Below are positions 52,371-64,000 of a stretch of DNA of 64,000 bases, piece by piece. Position 1 is the stretch's first letter; each line of letters begins with the position of its first letter. The translations under genes and the position numbers were made by a program. Origin of the DNA: Gordius albopunctatus (taxonomy: Eukaryota); NCBI GenBank assembly GCA_964276515.1, contig OZ193910.1, positions 8,246,001-8,310,000 of the forward strand. Direction: 5' to 3'. A model generated the notes under the pieces. The model was not told where the DNA came from, made no database searches, and saw only the letters and a program-made list of their open reading frames with translations.

Positions 52371-55300
52371 TCAACCATATTCAACTGATGAAAGTTGTTA
52401 TTTTCAGACGTGATTTCCATGATAAAAAGTCAAAATTTATCAGAATTAGAGAACTATTACTTTTAAATCATCATCGCATAGAGCATGTTTCAAAAATTAA
52501 GCACTAACGTTGCGATACAACTAATCGCAACAATATAACGTTGTCTTTTCTCAAAATGATTGTTCTCGCAGCTTAAAACTTCTTATAAGGAGTCGATCGA
52601 GATTAATAGGATTCTCAAATGAGCTTACTTTTATATATTTTTTCAAGCTCTTTTACATAAAATAACAAAAAATATATTGTTCAGGTTAAAATAATTCACA
52701 ATTTTTTCCTTTCAACCATATTCAACCGATGAAAGTTGTTATTTTCAGACGTGATTTCCATGATAAAAAGTTAAAATTTATCAGAATTAGAGAACCATTA
52801 CTTTTAAATCATCATCGCATAGAGCATGTTTCAAAAATTAAGCACTAACGTTGCGATACAACTAACTAATCGCAACAATATAACGTTGTCTTTTCTCAAA
52901 ATGATTGTTCTCGCAGCTTAAAACTTCTTATAAGGAGTCGATCGAGATTAATAGGATTCTCAAATCAGCTTACTTTTATATATTTTTTCAAGCTCTTTTA
53001 CATAAAATAACAAAAAATATATTGTTCAGGTTAAAATAATTCACATTTTTTTCCTTTCGGCCATATTCAACCGATGAAAGTTGTTATTTTCAGACGTGAT
53101 TTCCATGATAAAAAGTCAAAATTTATCAGAATTAGAGAACTGTTACTTTTAAATCATCATCGCATAGAGCATGTTTCAAAAATTAAGCACTAACGTTGCG
53201 ATACAACTAACTAATCGCAACAATATAACGTTGTCTTTTCTCAAAATGATTGTTCTCGCAGCTTAAAACTTCTTTCTAAAGTCAATCGAGCATAAAAGGT
53301 TTCTCAAATTGGCTTACTTTAATATATTTTTTCAAGCTCTTTTACATAAAATAACAAAAAATATATTTTTTCAGGATAAAATAATTCACAATTTTTTCCT
53401 TTCAACCATATTCAACCGATGAAAGTTGTTATTTTCAGACGTGATTTCCTTGATAAAAAGTTAAAATTTATCAGAATTAGAGAACCATTACTTTTAAATC
53501 ATCATCGCATAGAGCATGTTTCAAAAATTAAGCACTAACGTTGCGATACAACTAACTAATCGAAACAATATAACGTTGTATTTTCTCAAAATGATTGTTC
53601 TCGCAGCTTAAAACTTCTTTCTGAAGTCAATCGAGGATAAAAGGTTTCTCAAATCAGCTTACTTTTATATATTTTTTCAAGCTCTTTTACATAAAATAAC
53701 AAAAAATATATTTTTCAGGTTTAAATAATTCACAATTTTTTCCTTTCAACCATATTCAACCGATGAAAGTTGTTATTTTCAGACGTGATTTCCATGATAA
53801 AAAGTCAAAATTTATCAGAATTAGAGAACTGTTACTTTTAAATCATCATCGCATAGAGCATTATTCAAAAATTAAGCACTAACGTTGCGATACAACAAAC
53901 TAATCGCAACAAAATAACGTTGTCTTTTCTCAAAATGATTGTTCTCGCAGCTTAAAACTTCTTATAAGGAGTCGATCGAGATTAATATGATTCTCAAATC
54001 AGCTTACTTTTATATATTTTTTCAAGCTCTTTTACATAAAATAACAAAAAATATATTGTTCAGGTTAAAATAATTCACAATTTTTTCCTTTCGGCCATAT
54101 TCAACCGATGAAAGTTGTTATTTTCAGACGTGATTTCCATGATAAAAAGTCAAAATTTATCAGAATTAGAGAACTGTTACTTTTAAATCATCATCGCATA
54201 GAGCATGTTTCAAAAATTAAGCACTAACGTTGCGATACAACAAACTAATCGCAACAAAATAACGTTGTCTTTTCTCAAAATGATTGTTCTCGCAGCTTAA
54301 AACTTCTTTCTTAAGTCAATCGAGCATAAAAGGTTTCTCAAATTGGCTTACTTTAATATATTTTTTCAAGCTCTTTTACATAAAATAACAAAAAATATAT
54401 TTTTTCAGGATAAAATAATTCACAATTTTTTCCTTTCAACCATATTCAACTGATGAAAGTTGTTATTTTCAGACGTGATTTCCATGATAAAAAGTTAAAA
54501 TTTATCAGAATTAGAGAACCATTACTTTTAAATCATCATCGCATAGAGCATGTTTCAAAAATTAAGCACTAACGTTGCGATACAACTAACTAATCGCAAC
54601 AATATAACGTTGTATTTTCTCAAAATGATTGTTCTCGCAGCTTAAAACTTCTTATAAGGAGTCGATCGAGATTAATAGGATTCTCAAATCATCTTACTTT
54701 TATATATTTTTTCAAGCTCTTTTACATAAAATAACAAAAAATATATTTTTTCAGGTTATAATAATTCACAATTTTTTCCTTTCAACCATATTCAACCGAT
54801 GAAAGTTGTTATTTTCAGACGTGATTTCCATGATAAAAAGTTAAAATTTATCAGAATTAGAGAACTATTACTTTTAAATCATCATCGCATAGAGCATGTT
54901 TCAAAAATTAAGCACTCACGTTGCGATACAACAAACTAATCGCAACAAGATAACGTTGTCTTTTCGCAAAATGATAGTTCTCGCAGCTTGAAACATCTTA
55001 TAAGGAGTCGATCGAGAATAATAGGATTCTCAAATTAGCTTACTTTTATATATTTTATCAAGCTCTTTTACATAAAATAACAAAAAATATATTTTTTAGG
55101 TTAAAATAATTCACAATTTTTTCCTTTCAACCATATTCAACCGATAAATGTTGTTATTTTCAGACGTGATTTCCATGATAAAAAGTCAAAATTTATCAGA
55201 ATTAGAGAACTGTTACTTTTAAATCATCATCGCATAGAGCATGTTTCAAAAATTAAGCACTAACGTTGCGATACAACAAACTAATCGCAACAAAATAACG

Positions 55301-58300
55301 TTGTCTTTTCTCAAAATGATTGTTCTCGCAGCTTAAAACTTCTTTCTTAAGTCAATCGAGCATAAAAGGTTTCTCAAATTAGCTTACTTTTATATATTTT
55401 ATCAAGCTCTTTTACATAAAATAACAAAAAATATATTTTTTAGGTTAAAATAATTCACAATTTTTTCCTTTCAACCATATTCAACCGATAAAAGTTGTTA
55501 TTTTCAGACGTGATTTCCATGATAAAAAGTTAAAATTTATCAGAATTAGAGAACCATTACTTTTAAATCATCATCGCATAGAGCATGTTTCAAAAATTAA
55601 GCACTAACGTTGCGATACAACTAACTAATCGAAACAATATAACGTTGTATTTTCTCAAAATGATTGTTCTCGCAGCTTAAAACTTCTTTCTGAAGTCGAT
55701 CGAGATTAATAGGATTCTCAAATGAGCTTACTTTTATATATTTTTTCAAGCTCTTTTACATAAAATAACAAAAAATATATTTTTTCAGGTTATAATAATT
55801 CACAATTTTTTCCTTTCAACCATATTCAACCGATGAAAGTTGTTATTTTCAGACGTGATTTCCATGATAAAAAGTTAAAATTTATCAGAATTAGAGAACT
55901 ATTACTTTTAAATCATCATCGCATAGAGCATGTTTCAAAAATTAAGCACTCACGTTGCGATACAACAAACTAATCGCAACAAGATAACGTTGTCTTTTCG
56001 CAAAATGATAGTTCTCGCAGCTTGAAACATCTTATAAGGAGTCGATCGAGATTAATAGGATTCTCAAATCAGCTTACTTTTATATATTTTATCAAGCTCT
56101 TTTACATAAAATAACAAAAAATATATTGTTCAGGTTAAAATAATTCACAATTTTTTCCTTTCAACCATATTCAACCGATAAATGTTGTTATTTTCAGACG
56201 TGATTTCCATGATAAAAAGTCAAAATTTATCAGAATTAGAGAACTGTTACTTTTAAATCATCATCGCATAGAGCATGTTTCAAAAATTAAGCACTAACGT
56301 TGCGATACAACAAACTAATCGCAACAAAATAACGTTGTCTTTTCTCAAAATGATTGTTCTCGCAGCTTAAAACTTCTTTCTTAAGTCAATCGAGCATAAA
56401 AGGTTTCTCAAATTAGCTTACTTTTATATATTTTATCAAGCTCTTTTACATAAAATAACAAAAAATATATTTTTTAGGTTAAAATAATTCACAATTTTTT
56501 CCTTTCAACCATATTCAACCGATAAAAGTTGTTATTTTCAGACGTGATTTCCATGATAAAAAGTTAAAATTTATCAGAATTAGAGAACCATTACTTTTAA
56601 ATCATCATCGCATAGAGCATGTTTCAAAAATTAAGCACTCACGTTGCGATACAACAAACTAATCGCAACAAGATAACGTTGTCTTTTCGCAAAATGATAG
56701 TTCTCGCAGCTTGAAACATCTTATAAGGAGTCGATCGAGATTAATAGGATTCTCAAATGAGCTTACTTTTATATATTTTTTCAAGCTCTTTTACATAAAA
56801 TAACAAAATAAATTTTTTTTCAGGTTAAAATAATTCACAATTTTTTCATTTCGGCCATATTCAACCGATGAAAGTTGTTATTTTCAGACGTGATTTCCAC
56901 GATAAAAAGTCAAAATTTATCAGAATTAGAGAACCATTAGATTTAAATCATCATCGCATAGAGCATGTTTCAAAAATTAAGCACTAACGTTGCGATACAA
57001 CTAACTAATCGCAACAATATAACGTTGTCTTTTCTCAAAATGATTGTTCTCGCAGCTTAAAACTTCTTATAAGGAGTCGATCGAGATTAATAGGATTCTC
57101 AAATCAGCTTACTTTTATATATTTTTTCAAGCTCTTTTACATAAAATAACAAAAAATATATTGTTCAGGTTAAAATAATTCACAATTTTTTCCTTTCGGC
57201 CATATTCAACCGATGAAAGTTGTTATTTTCAGACGTGATTTCCATGATAAAAAGTCAAAATTTATCAGAATTAGAGAACTGTTACTTTTAAATCATCATC
57301 GCATAGAGCATGTTTCAAAAATTAAGCACTAACGTTGCGATACAACAAACTAATCGCAACAAAATAACGTTGTCTTTTCTCAAAATGATTGTTCTCGCAG
57401 CTTAAAACTTCTTTCTGAAGTCGATCGAGATTAATAGGATTCTCAAATGAGCTTACTTTTATATATTTTTTCAAGCTCTTTTACATAAAATAACAAAATA
57501 AATTTTTTTTCAGGTTAAAATAATTCACAATTTTTTCATTTCGGCCATATTCAACCGATGAAAGTTGTTATTTTCAGACGTGATTTACACGATAAAAAGT
57601 CAAAATTTATCAGAATTAGAGAACCATTAGATTTAAATCATCATCGCATAGAGCATGTTTCAAAAATTAAGCACTAACGTTGCGATACAACTAACTAATC
57701 GCAACAATATAACGTTGTCTTTTCTCAAAATGATTGTTCTCGCAGCTTAAAACTTCTTATAAGGAGTCGATCGAGATTAATAGGATTCTCAAATCAGCTT
57801 ACTTTTATATATTTTTTCAAGCTCTTTTACATAAAATAACAAAAAATATATTTTTCAGGTTTAAATAATTTACAATTTTTTCCTTTCAACCATATTCAAC
57901 CGATGAAAGTTGTTATTTTCAGACGTGATTTCCATGATAAAAAGTTAAAATTTATCAGAATTAGAGAACCATTACTTTTAAATCATCATCGCATAGAGCA
58001 TGTTTCAAAAATTAAGCACTAACGTTGCGATACAACTAACTAATCGCAACAATATAACGTTGTCTTTTCTCAAAATGATTGTTCTCGCAGCTTAAAACTT
58101 CTTATAAGGAGTCGATCGAGATTAATAGGATTCTCAAATCAGCTTACTTTTATATATTTTTTCAAGCTCTTTTACATAAAATAACAAAAAATATATTGTT
58201 CAGGTTAAAATAATTCACAATTTTTTCCTTTCGGCCATATTCAACCGATGAAAGTTGTTATTTTCAGACGTCATTTCCATGATAAAAAGTCAAAATTTAT

Positions 58301-61300
58301 CAGAATTAGAGAACCATTACTTTTAAATCATCATCGCATAGAGCATGTTTCAAAAATTAAGCACTAACGTTGCGATACAACTAACTAATCGCAACAAAAT
58401 AACGTTGTCTTTTCTCAAAATGATTGTTCTCGCAGCTTAAAACTTCTTTCTTAAGTCAATCGAGCATAAAAGGTTTCTCAAATTGGCTTACTTTAATATA
58501 TTTTTTCAAGCTCTTTTACATAAAATAACAAAAAATATATTTTTTCAGGATAAAATAATTCACAATTTTTTCCTTCAACCATATTCAACCGATGAAAGTT
58601 GTTATTTTCAGACGTGATTTCCATGATAAAAAGTCAAAATTTATCAGAATTAGAGAACTGTTACTTTTAAATCATCATCGCATAGAGCATGTTTCAAAAA
58701 TTAAGCACTAACGTTGCGATACAACAAACTAATCGCAACAAAATAACGTTGTCTTTTCTCAAAATGATTGTTCTCGCAGCTTAAAACTTCTTTCTTAAGT
58801 CAATCGAGCATAAAAGGTTTCTCAAATTAGCTTACTTTTATATATTTTATCAAGCTCTTTTACATAAAATAACAAAAAATATATTTTTTAGGTTAAAATA
58901 ATTCACAATTTTTTCCTTTCAACCATATTCAACCGATAAAAGTTGTTATTTTCAGACGTGATTGCCATGATAAAAAGTTAAAATTTATCAGAATTAGAGA
59001 ACCATTACTTTTAAATCATCATCGCGTAGAGCATGTTTCAAAAATTAAGCACTAACGTTGCGATACAACTAACTAATCGAAACAATATAACGTTGTATTT
59101 TCTCAAAATGATTGTTCTCGCAGCTTAAAACTTCTTTCTGAAGTCAATCGAGGATAAAAGGTTTCTCAAATCAGCTTACTTTTATATATTTTTTCAAGCT
59201 CTTTTACATAAAATAACAAAAAATATATTTTTCAGGTTTAAATAATTCACAATTTTTTCCTTTCAACCATATTCAACCGATGAAAGTTGTTATTTTCAGA
59301 CGTGATTTCCATGATAAAAAGTTAAAATTTATCAGAATTAGAGAACCATTACTTTTAAATCATCATCGCATAGAGCATGTTTCAAAAATTAAGCACTAAC
59401 GTTGCGATACAACTAACTAATCGCAACAATATAACGTTGTCTTTTCTCAAAATGATTGTTCTCGCAGCTTAAAACTTCTTATAAGGAGTCGATCGAGATT
59501 AATAGGATTCTCAAATCAGCTTACTTTTATATATTTTTTCAAGCTCTTTTACATAAAATAACAAAAAATATATTGTTCAGGTTAAAATAATTCACAATTT
59601 TTTCCTTTCGGCCATATTCAACCGATGAAAGTTGTTATTTTCAGACGTGATTTCCATGATAAAAAGTCAAAATTTATCAGAATTAGAGAACTGTTACTTT
59701 TAAATCATCATCGCATAGAGCATGTTTCAAAAATTAAGCCCTAACGTTGCGATACAACAAACTAATCGCAACAAAATAACGTTGTCTTTTCTCAAAATGA
59801 TTGTTCTCGCAGCTTAAAACTTCTTTCTTAAGTCAATCGAGCATAAAAGGTTTCTCAAATTGGCTTACTTTAATATATTTTTTCAAGCTCTTTTACATAA
59901 AATAACAAAAAATATATTTTTTCAGGATAAAATAATTCACAATTTTTTCCTTTCAACCATATTCAACTGATGAAAGTTGTTATTTTCAGACGTTATTTCC
60001 ATGATAAAAAGTTAAAATTTATCAGAATTAGAGAACCATTACTTTTAAATCATCATCGCATAGAGCATGTTTCAAAAATTAAGCACTAACGTTGCGATAC
60101 AACTAACTAATCGCAACAAAATAACGTTGTCTTTTCTCAAAATGATTGTTCTCGCAGCTTAAAACTTCTTTCTTAAGTCAATCGAGCATAAAAGGTTTCT
60201 CAAATTGGCTTACTTTAATATATTTTTTCAAGCTCTTTTACATAAAATAACAAAAAATATATTTTTTCAGGATAAAATAATTCACAATTTTTTCCTTTCA
60301 ACCATATTCAACTGATGAAAGTTGTTATTTTCAGACGTGATTTCCATGATAAAAAGTTAAAATTTATCAGAATTAGAGAACCATTACTTTTAAATCATCA
60401 TCGCATAGAGCATGTTTCAAAAATTAAGCACTAACGTTGCGATACAACGAACTAATCGCAACAATATAACGTTGTCTTTTCTCAAAATGATTGTTCTCGC
60501 AGCTTAAAACTTCTTATAAGGAGTCGATCGAGATTAATAGGATTCTCAAATCAGCTTACTTTTATATATTTTTTCAAGCTCTTTTACATAAAATAACAAA
60601 AAATATATTTTTCAGGTTAAAATAATTCACAATTTTTTCCTTTCAACCATATTCAACCGATGAAAGTTGTTATTTTCAGACGTGATTTCCATGATAAAAA
60701 GTTAAAATTTATCAGAATTAGAGAACCATTACTTTTAAATCATCATCGCATAGAGCATGTTTCAAAAATTAAGCACTAACGTTGCGATACAACTAACTAA
60801 TCGCAACAATATAACGTTGTCTTTTCTCAAAATGATTGTTCTCGCAGCTTAAAACTTCTTATAAGGAGTCGATCGAGATTAATAGGATTCTCAAATCAGC
60901 TTACTTTTATATATTTTTTCAAGCTCTTTTACATAAAATAACAAAAAATATATTGTTCAGGTTAAAATAATTCACAATTTTTTCCTTTCGGCCATATTCA
61001 ACCGATGAAAGTTGTTATTTTCAGACGTGATTTCCATGATAAAAAGTCAAAATTTATCAGAATTAGAGAACTGTTACTTTTAAATCATCATCGCATAGAG
61101 CATGTTTCAAAAATTAAGCACTAACGTTGCGATACAACTAACTAATCGCAACAATATAACGTTGTCTTTTCTCAAAATGATTGTTCTCGCAGCTTAAAAC
61201 TTCTTTCTAAAGTCAATCGAGCATAAAAGGTTTCTCAAATTGGCTTACTTTAATATATTTTTTCAAGCTCTTTTACATAAAATAACAAAAAATATATTTT

Positions 61301-64000
61301 TTCAGGATAAAATAATTCACAATTTTTTCCTTTCAACCATATTCAACCGATGAAAGTTGTTATTTTCAGACGTGATTTCCATGATAAAAAGTTAAAATTT
61401 ATCAGAATTAGAGAACTATTACTTTTAAATCATCATCGCATAGAGCATGTTTCAAAAATTAAGCACTCACGTTGCGATACAACAAACTAATCGCAACAAG
61501 ATAACGTTGTCTTTTCGCAAAATGATAGTTCTCGCAGCTTGAAACATCTTATAAGGAGTCGATCGAGAATAATAGGATTCTCAAATTAGCTTACTTTTAT
61601 ATATTTTATCAAGCTCTTTTACATAAAATAACAAAAAATATATTTTTTAGGTTAAAATAATTCACAATTTTTTCCTTTCAACCATATTCAACCGATAAAA
61701 GTTGTTATTTTCAGACGTGATTTCCATGATAAAAAGTTAAAATTTATCAGAATTAGAGAACCATTACTTTTAAATCATCATCGCATAGAGCATGTTTCAA
61801 AAATTAAGCATTAACGTTGCGATACAACTAACTAATCGCAACAATATAACGTTGTCTTTTCTCAAAATGATTGTTCTCGCAGCTTAAAACTTCTTATAAG
61901 GAGTCGATCGAGATTAATAGGATTCTCAAATCAGCTTACTTTTATATATTTTTTCAAGCTCTTTTACATAAAATAACAAAAAATATATTGTTCAGGTTAA
62001 AATAATTCACAATTTTTTCCTTTCGGCCATATTCAACCGATGAAAGTTGTTATTTTCAGACGTGATTTCCATGATAAAAAGTCAAAATTTATCAGAATTA
62101 GAGAACTGTTACTTTTATATCATCATCGCATAGAGCATGTTTCAAAAATTAAGCACTAACGTTGCGATACAACAAACTAATCGCAACAAAATAACGTTGT
62201 CTTTTCTCAAAATGATTGTTCTCGCAGCTTAAAACTTCTTTCTTAAGTCAATCGAGCATAAAAGGTTTCTCAAATTGGCTTACTTTAATATATTTTTTCA
62301 AGCTCCTTTACATAAAATAACAAAAAATATATTTTTTCAGGATAAAATAATTCACAATTTTTTCCTTTCAACCATATTCAACTGATGAAAGTTGTTATTT
62401 TCAGACGTGATTTCCATGATAAAAAGTCAAAATTTATCAGAATTACAGAACTATTACTTTTAAATCATCATCGCATAGAGCATGTTTCAAAAATTAAGCA
62501 CTAACGTTGCGATACAACTAATCGCAACAATATAACGTTGTCTTTTCTCAAAATGATTGTTCTCGCAGCTTAAAACTTCTTATAAGGAGTCGATCGAGAT
62601 TAATAGGATTCTCAAATGAGCTTACTTTTATATATTTTTTCAAGCTCTTTTACATAAAATAACAAAAAATATATTGTTCAGGTTAAAATAATTCACAATT
62701 TTTTCCTTTCAACCATATTCAACCGATGAAAGTTGTTATTTTCAGACGTGATTTCCATGATAAAAAGTTAAAATTTATCAGAATTAGAGAACCATTACTT
62801 TTAAATCATCATCGCATAGAGCATGTTTCAAAAATTAAGCACTAACGTTGCGATACAACTAACTAATCGCAACAATATAACGTTGTCTTTTCTCAAAATG
62901 ATTGTTCTCGCAGCTTAAAACTTCTTATAAGGAGTCGATCGAGATTAATAGGATTTTCAAATCAGCTTACTTTTATATATTTTTTCAAGCTCTTTTACAT
63001 AAAATAACAAAAAATATATTTTTCAGGTTAAAATAATTCACAATTTTTTCCTTTCAACCATATTCAACCGATAAAAGTTGTTATTTTCAGACGTGATTGC
63101 CATGATAAAAAGTTAAAATTTATCAGAATTAGAGAACCATTACTTTTAAATCATCATCGCATAGAGCATGTTTCAAAAATTAAGCACTAACGTTGCGATA
63201 CAACTAACTAATCGAAACAATATAACGTTGTATTTTCTCAAAATGATTGTTCTCGCAGGTTAAAACTTCTTTCTGAAGTCAATCGAGGATAAAAGGTTTC
63301 TCAAATCAGCTTACTTTTATATATTTTTTCAAGCTCTTTTACATAAAATAACAAAAAATATATTTTTCAGGTTTAAATAATTCACAATTTTTTCCTTTCA
63401 ACCATATTCAACCGATGAAAGTTGTTATTTTCAGACGTGATTTCCATGATAAAAAGTTAAAATTTATCAGAATTAGAGAACTATTACTTTTAAATCATCA
63501 TCGCATAGAGCATGTTTCAAAAATTAAGCACTAACGTTGCGATACAACTAACTAATCGCAACAATATAACGTTGTCTTTTCTCAAAATGATTGTTCTCGC
63601 AGCTTAAAACTTCTTATAAGGAGTCGATCGAGATTAATAGGATTCTCAAATCAGCTTACTTTTATATATTTTTTCAAGCTCTTTTACATAAAATAACAAA
63701 AAATATATTGTTCAGGTTAAAATAATTCACAATTTTTTCCTTTCGGCCATATTCAACCGATGAAAGTTGTTATTTTCAGACGTGATTTCCATGATAAAAA
63801 GTTAAAATTTATCAGAATTAGAGAACCGTTACTTTTAAATCATCATCGCATAGAGCATGTTTCAAAAATTAAGCACTAACGTTGCGATACAACGAACTAA
63901 TCGCAACAATATAACGTTGTCTTTTCTCAAAATGATTGTTCTCGCAGCTTAAAACTTCTTATAAGGAGTCGATCGAGATTAATAGGATTCTCAAATCAGC

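Larger units (their letters stand above)
1..64000. repeat. Tandem satellite DNA array, ~345-bp AT-rich monomer, ~185 copies, single orientation, running off both window ends
   Basis: The anchor ttcagacgtgatttccatgataaaaag recurs at 1, 347, 692, 1034 and onward to the end, at 341-346 bp spacing. No unique intervening sequence or strand switch was seen. Monomer 1 has 94 G+C in 346 nt (~27% GC) and many A/T tracts. Confidence 0.99.

Noticed and set aside
1..64000. Protein-coding genes or a repeat-encoded long ORF (345 is divisible by 3)
   Set aside because: Stop triplets are abundant on both strands (e.g. atgataa, ttaa, ttag, ctaa) and monomer lengths vary by 1-4 bp without keeping frame.
1..64000. 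CRISPR array, integron cassette array or other repeat-spacer system
   Set aside because: There are no unique spacers or cassettes. The variable block has only a handful of related alleles, and there are no associated genes.

Overview
The whole 64-kb window is one uninterrupted, head-to-tail tandem array of an AT-rich satellite DNA. Monomers are about 345 bp (most 344-346 bp, 341-342 bp in a 4-bp deletion variant), there are about 185 copies in one orientation, and monomer 1 is about 27% GC by hand count. I found no genes, RNA genes, transposons or CRISPR arrays. It looks like a eukaryotic (peri)centromeric or heterochromatic satellite, but I cannot assign the species or family from sequence alone. 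The monomers fall into a few recurring subtypes and recombinant mosaics. These are arranged in nested, locally changing higher-order repeats (2-, 4-, 8-, 9-mers) and larger duplications (15-, 25-, 34/22-monomer offsets), each traceable with private marker mutations. The monomer is dense in short dyad symmetries. Several subtype-defining variants repair mismatches in, or create, these dyads, including an apparent T-A/G-C covariation in a 16-bp quasi-palindrome. That pattern is the most unusual signal, but it was read by eye and needs a statistical test.
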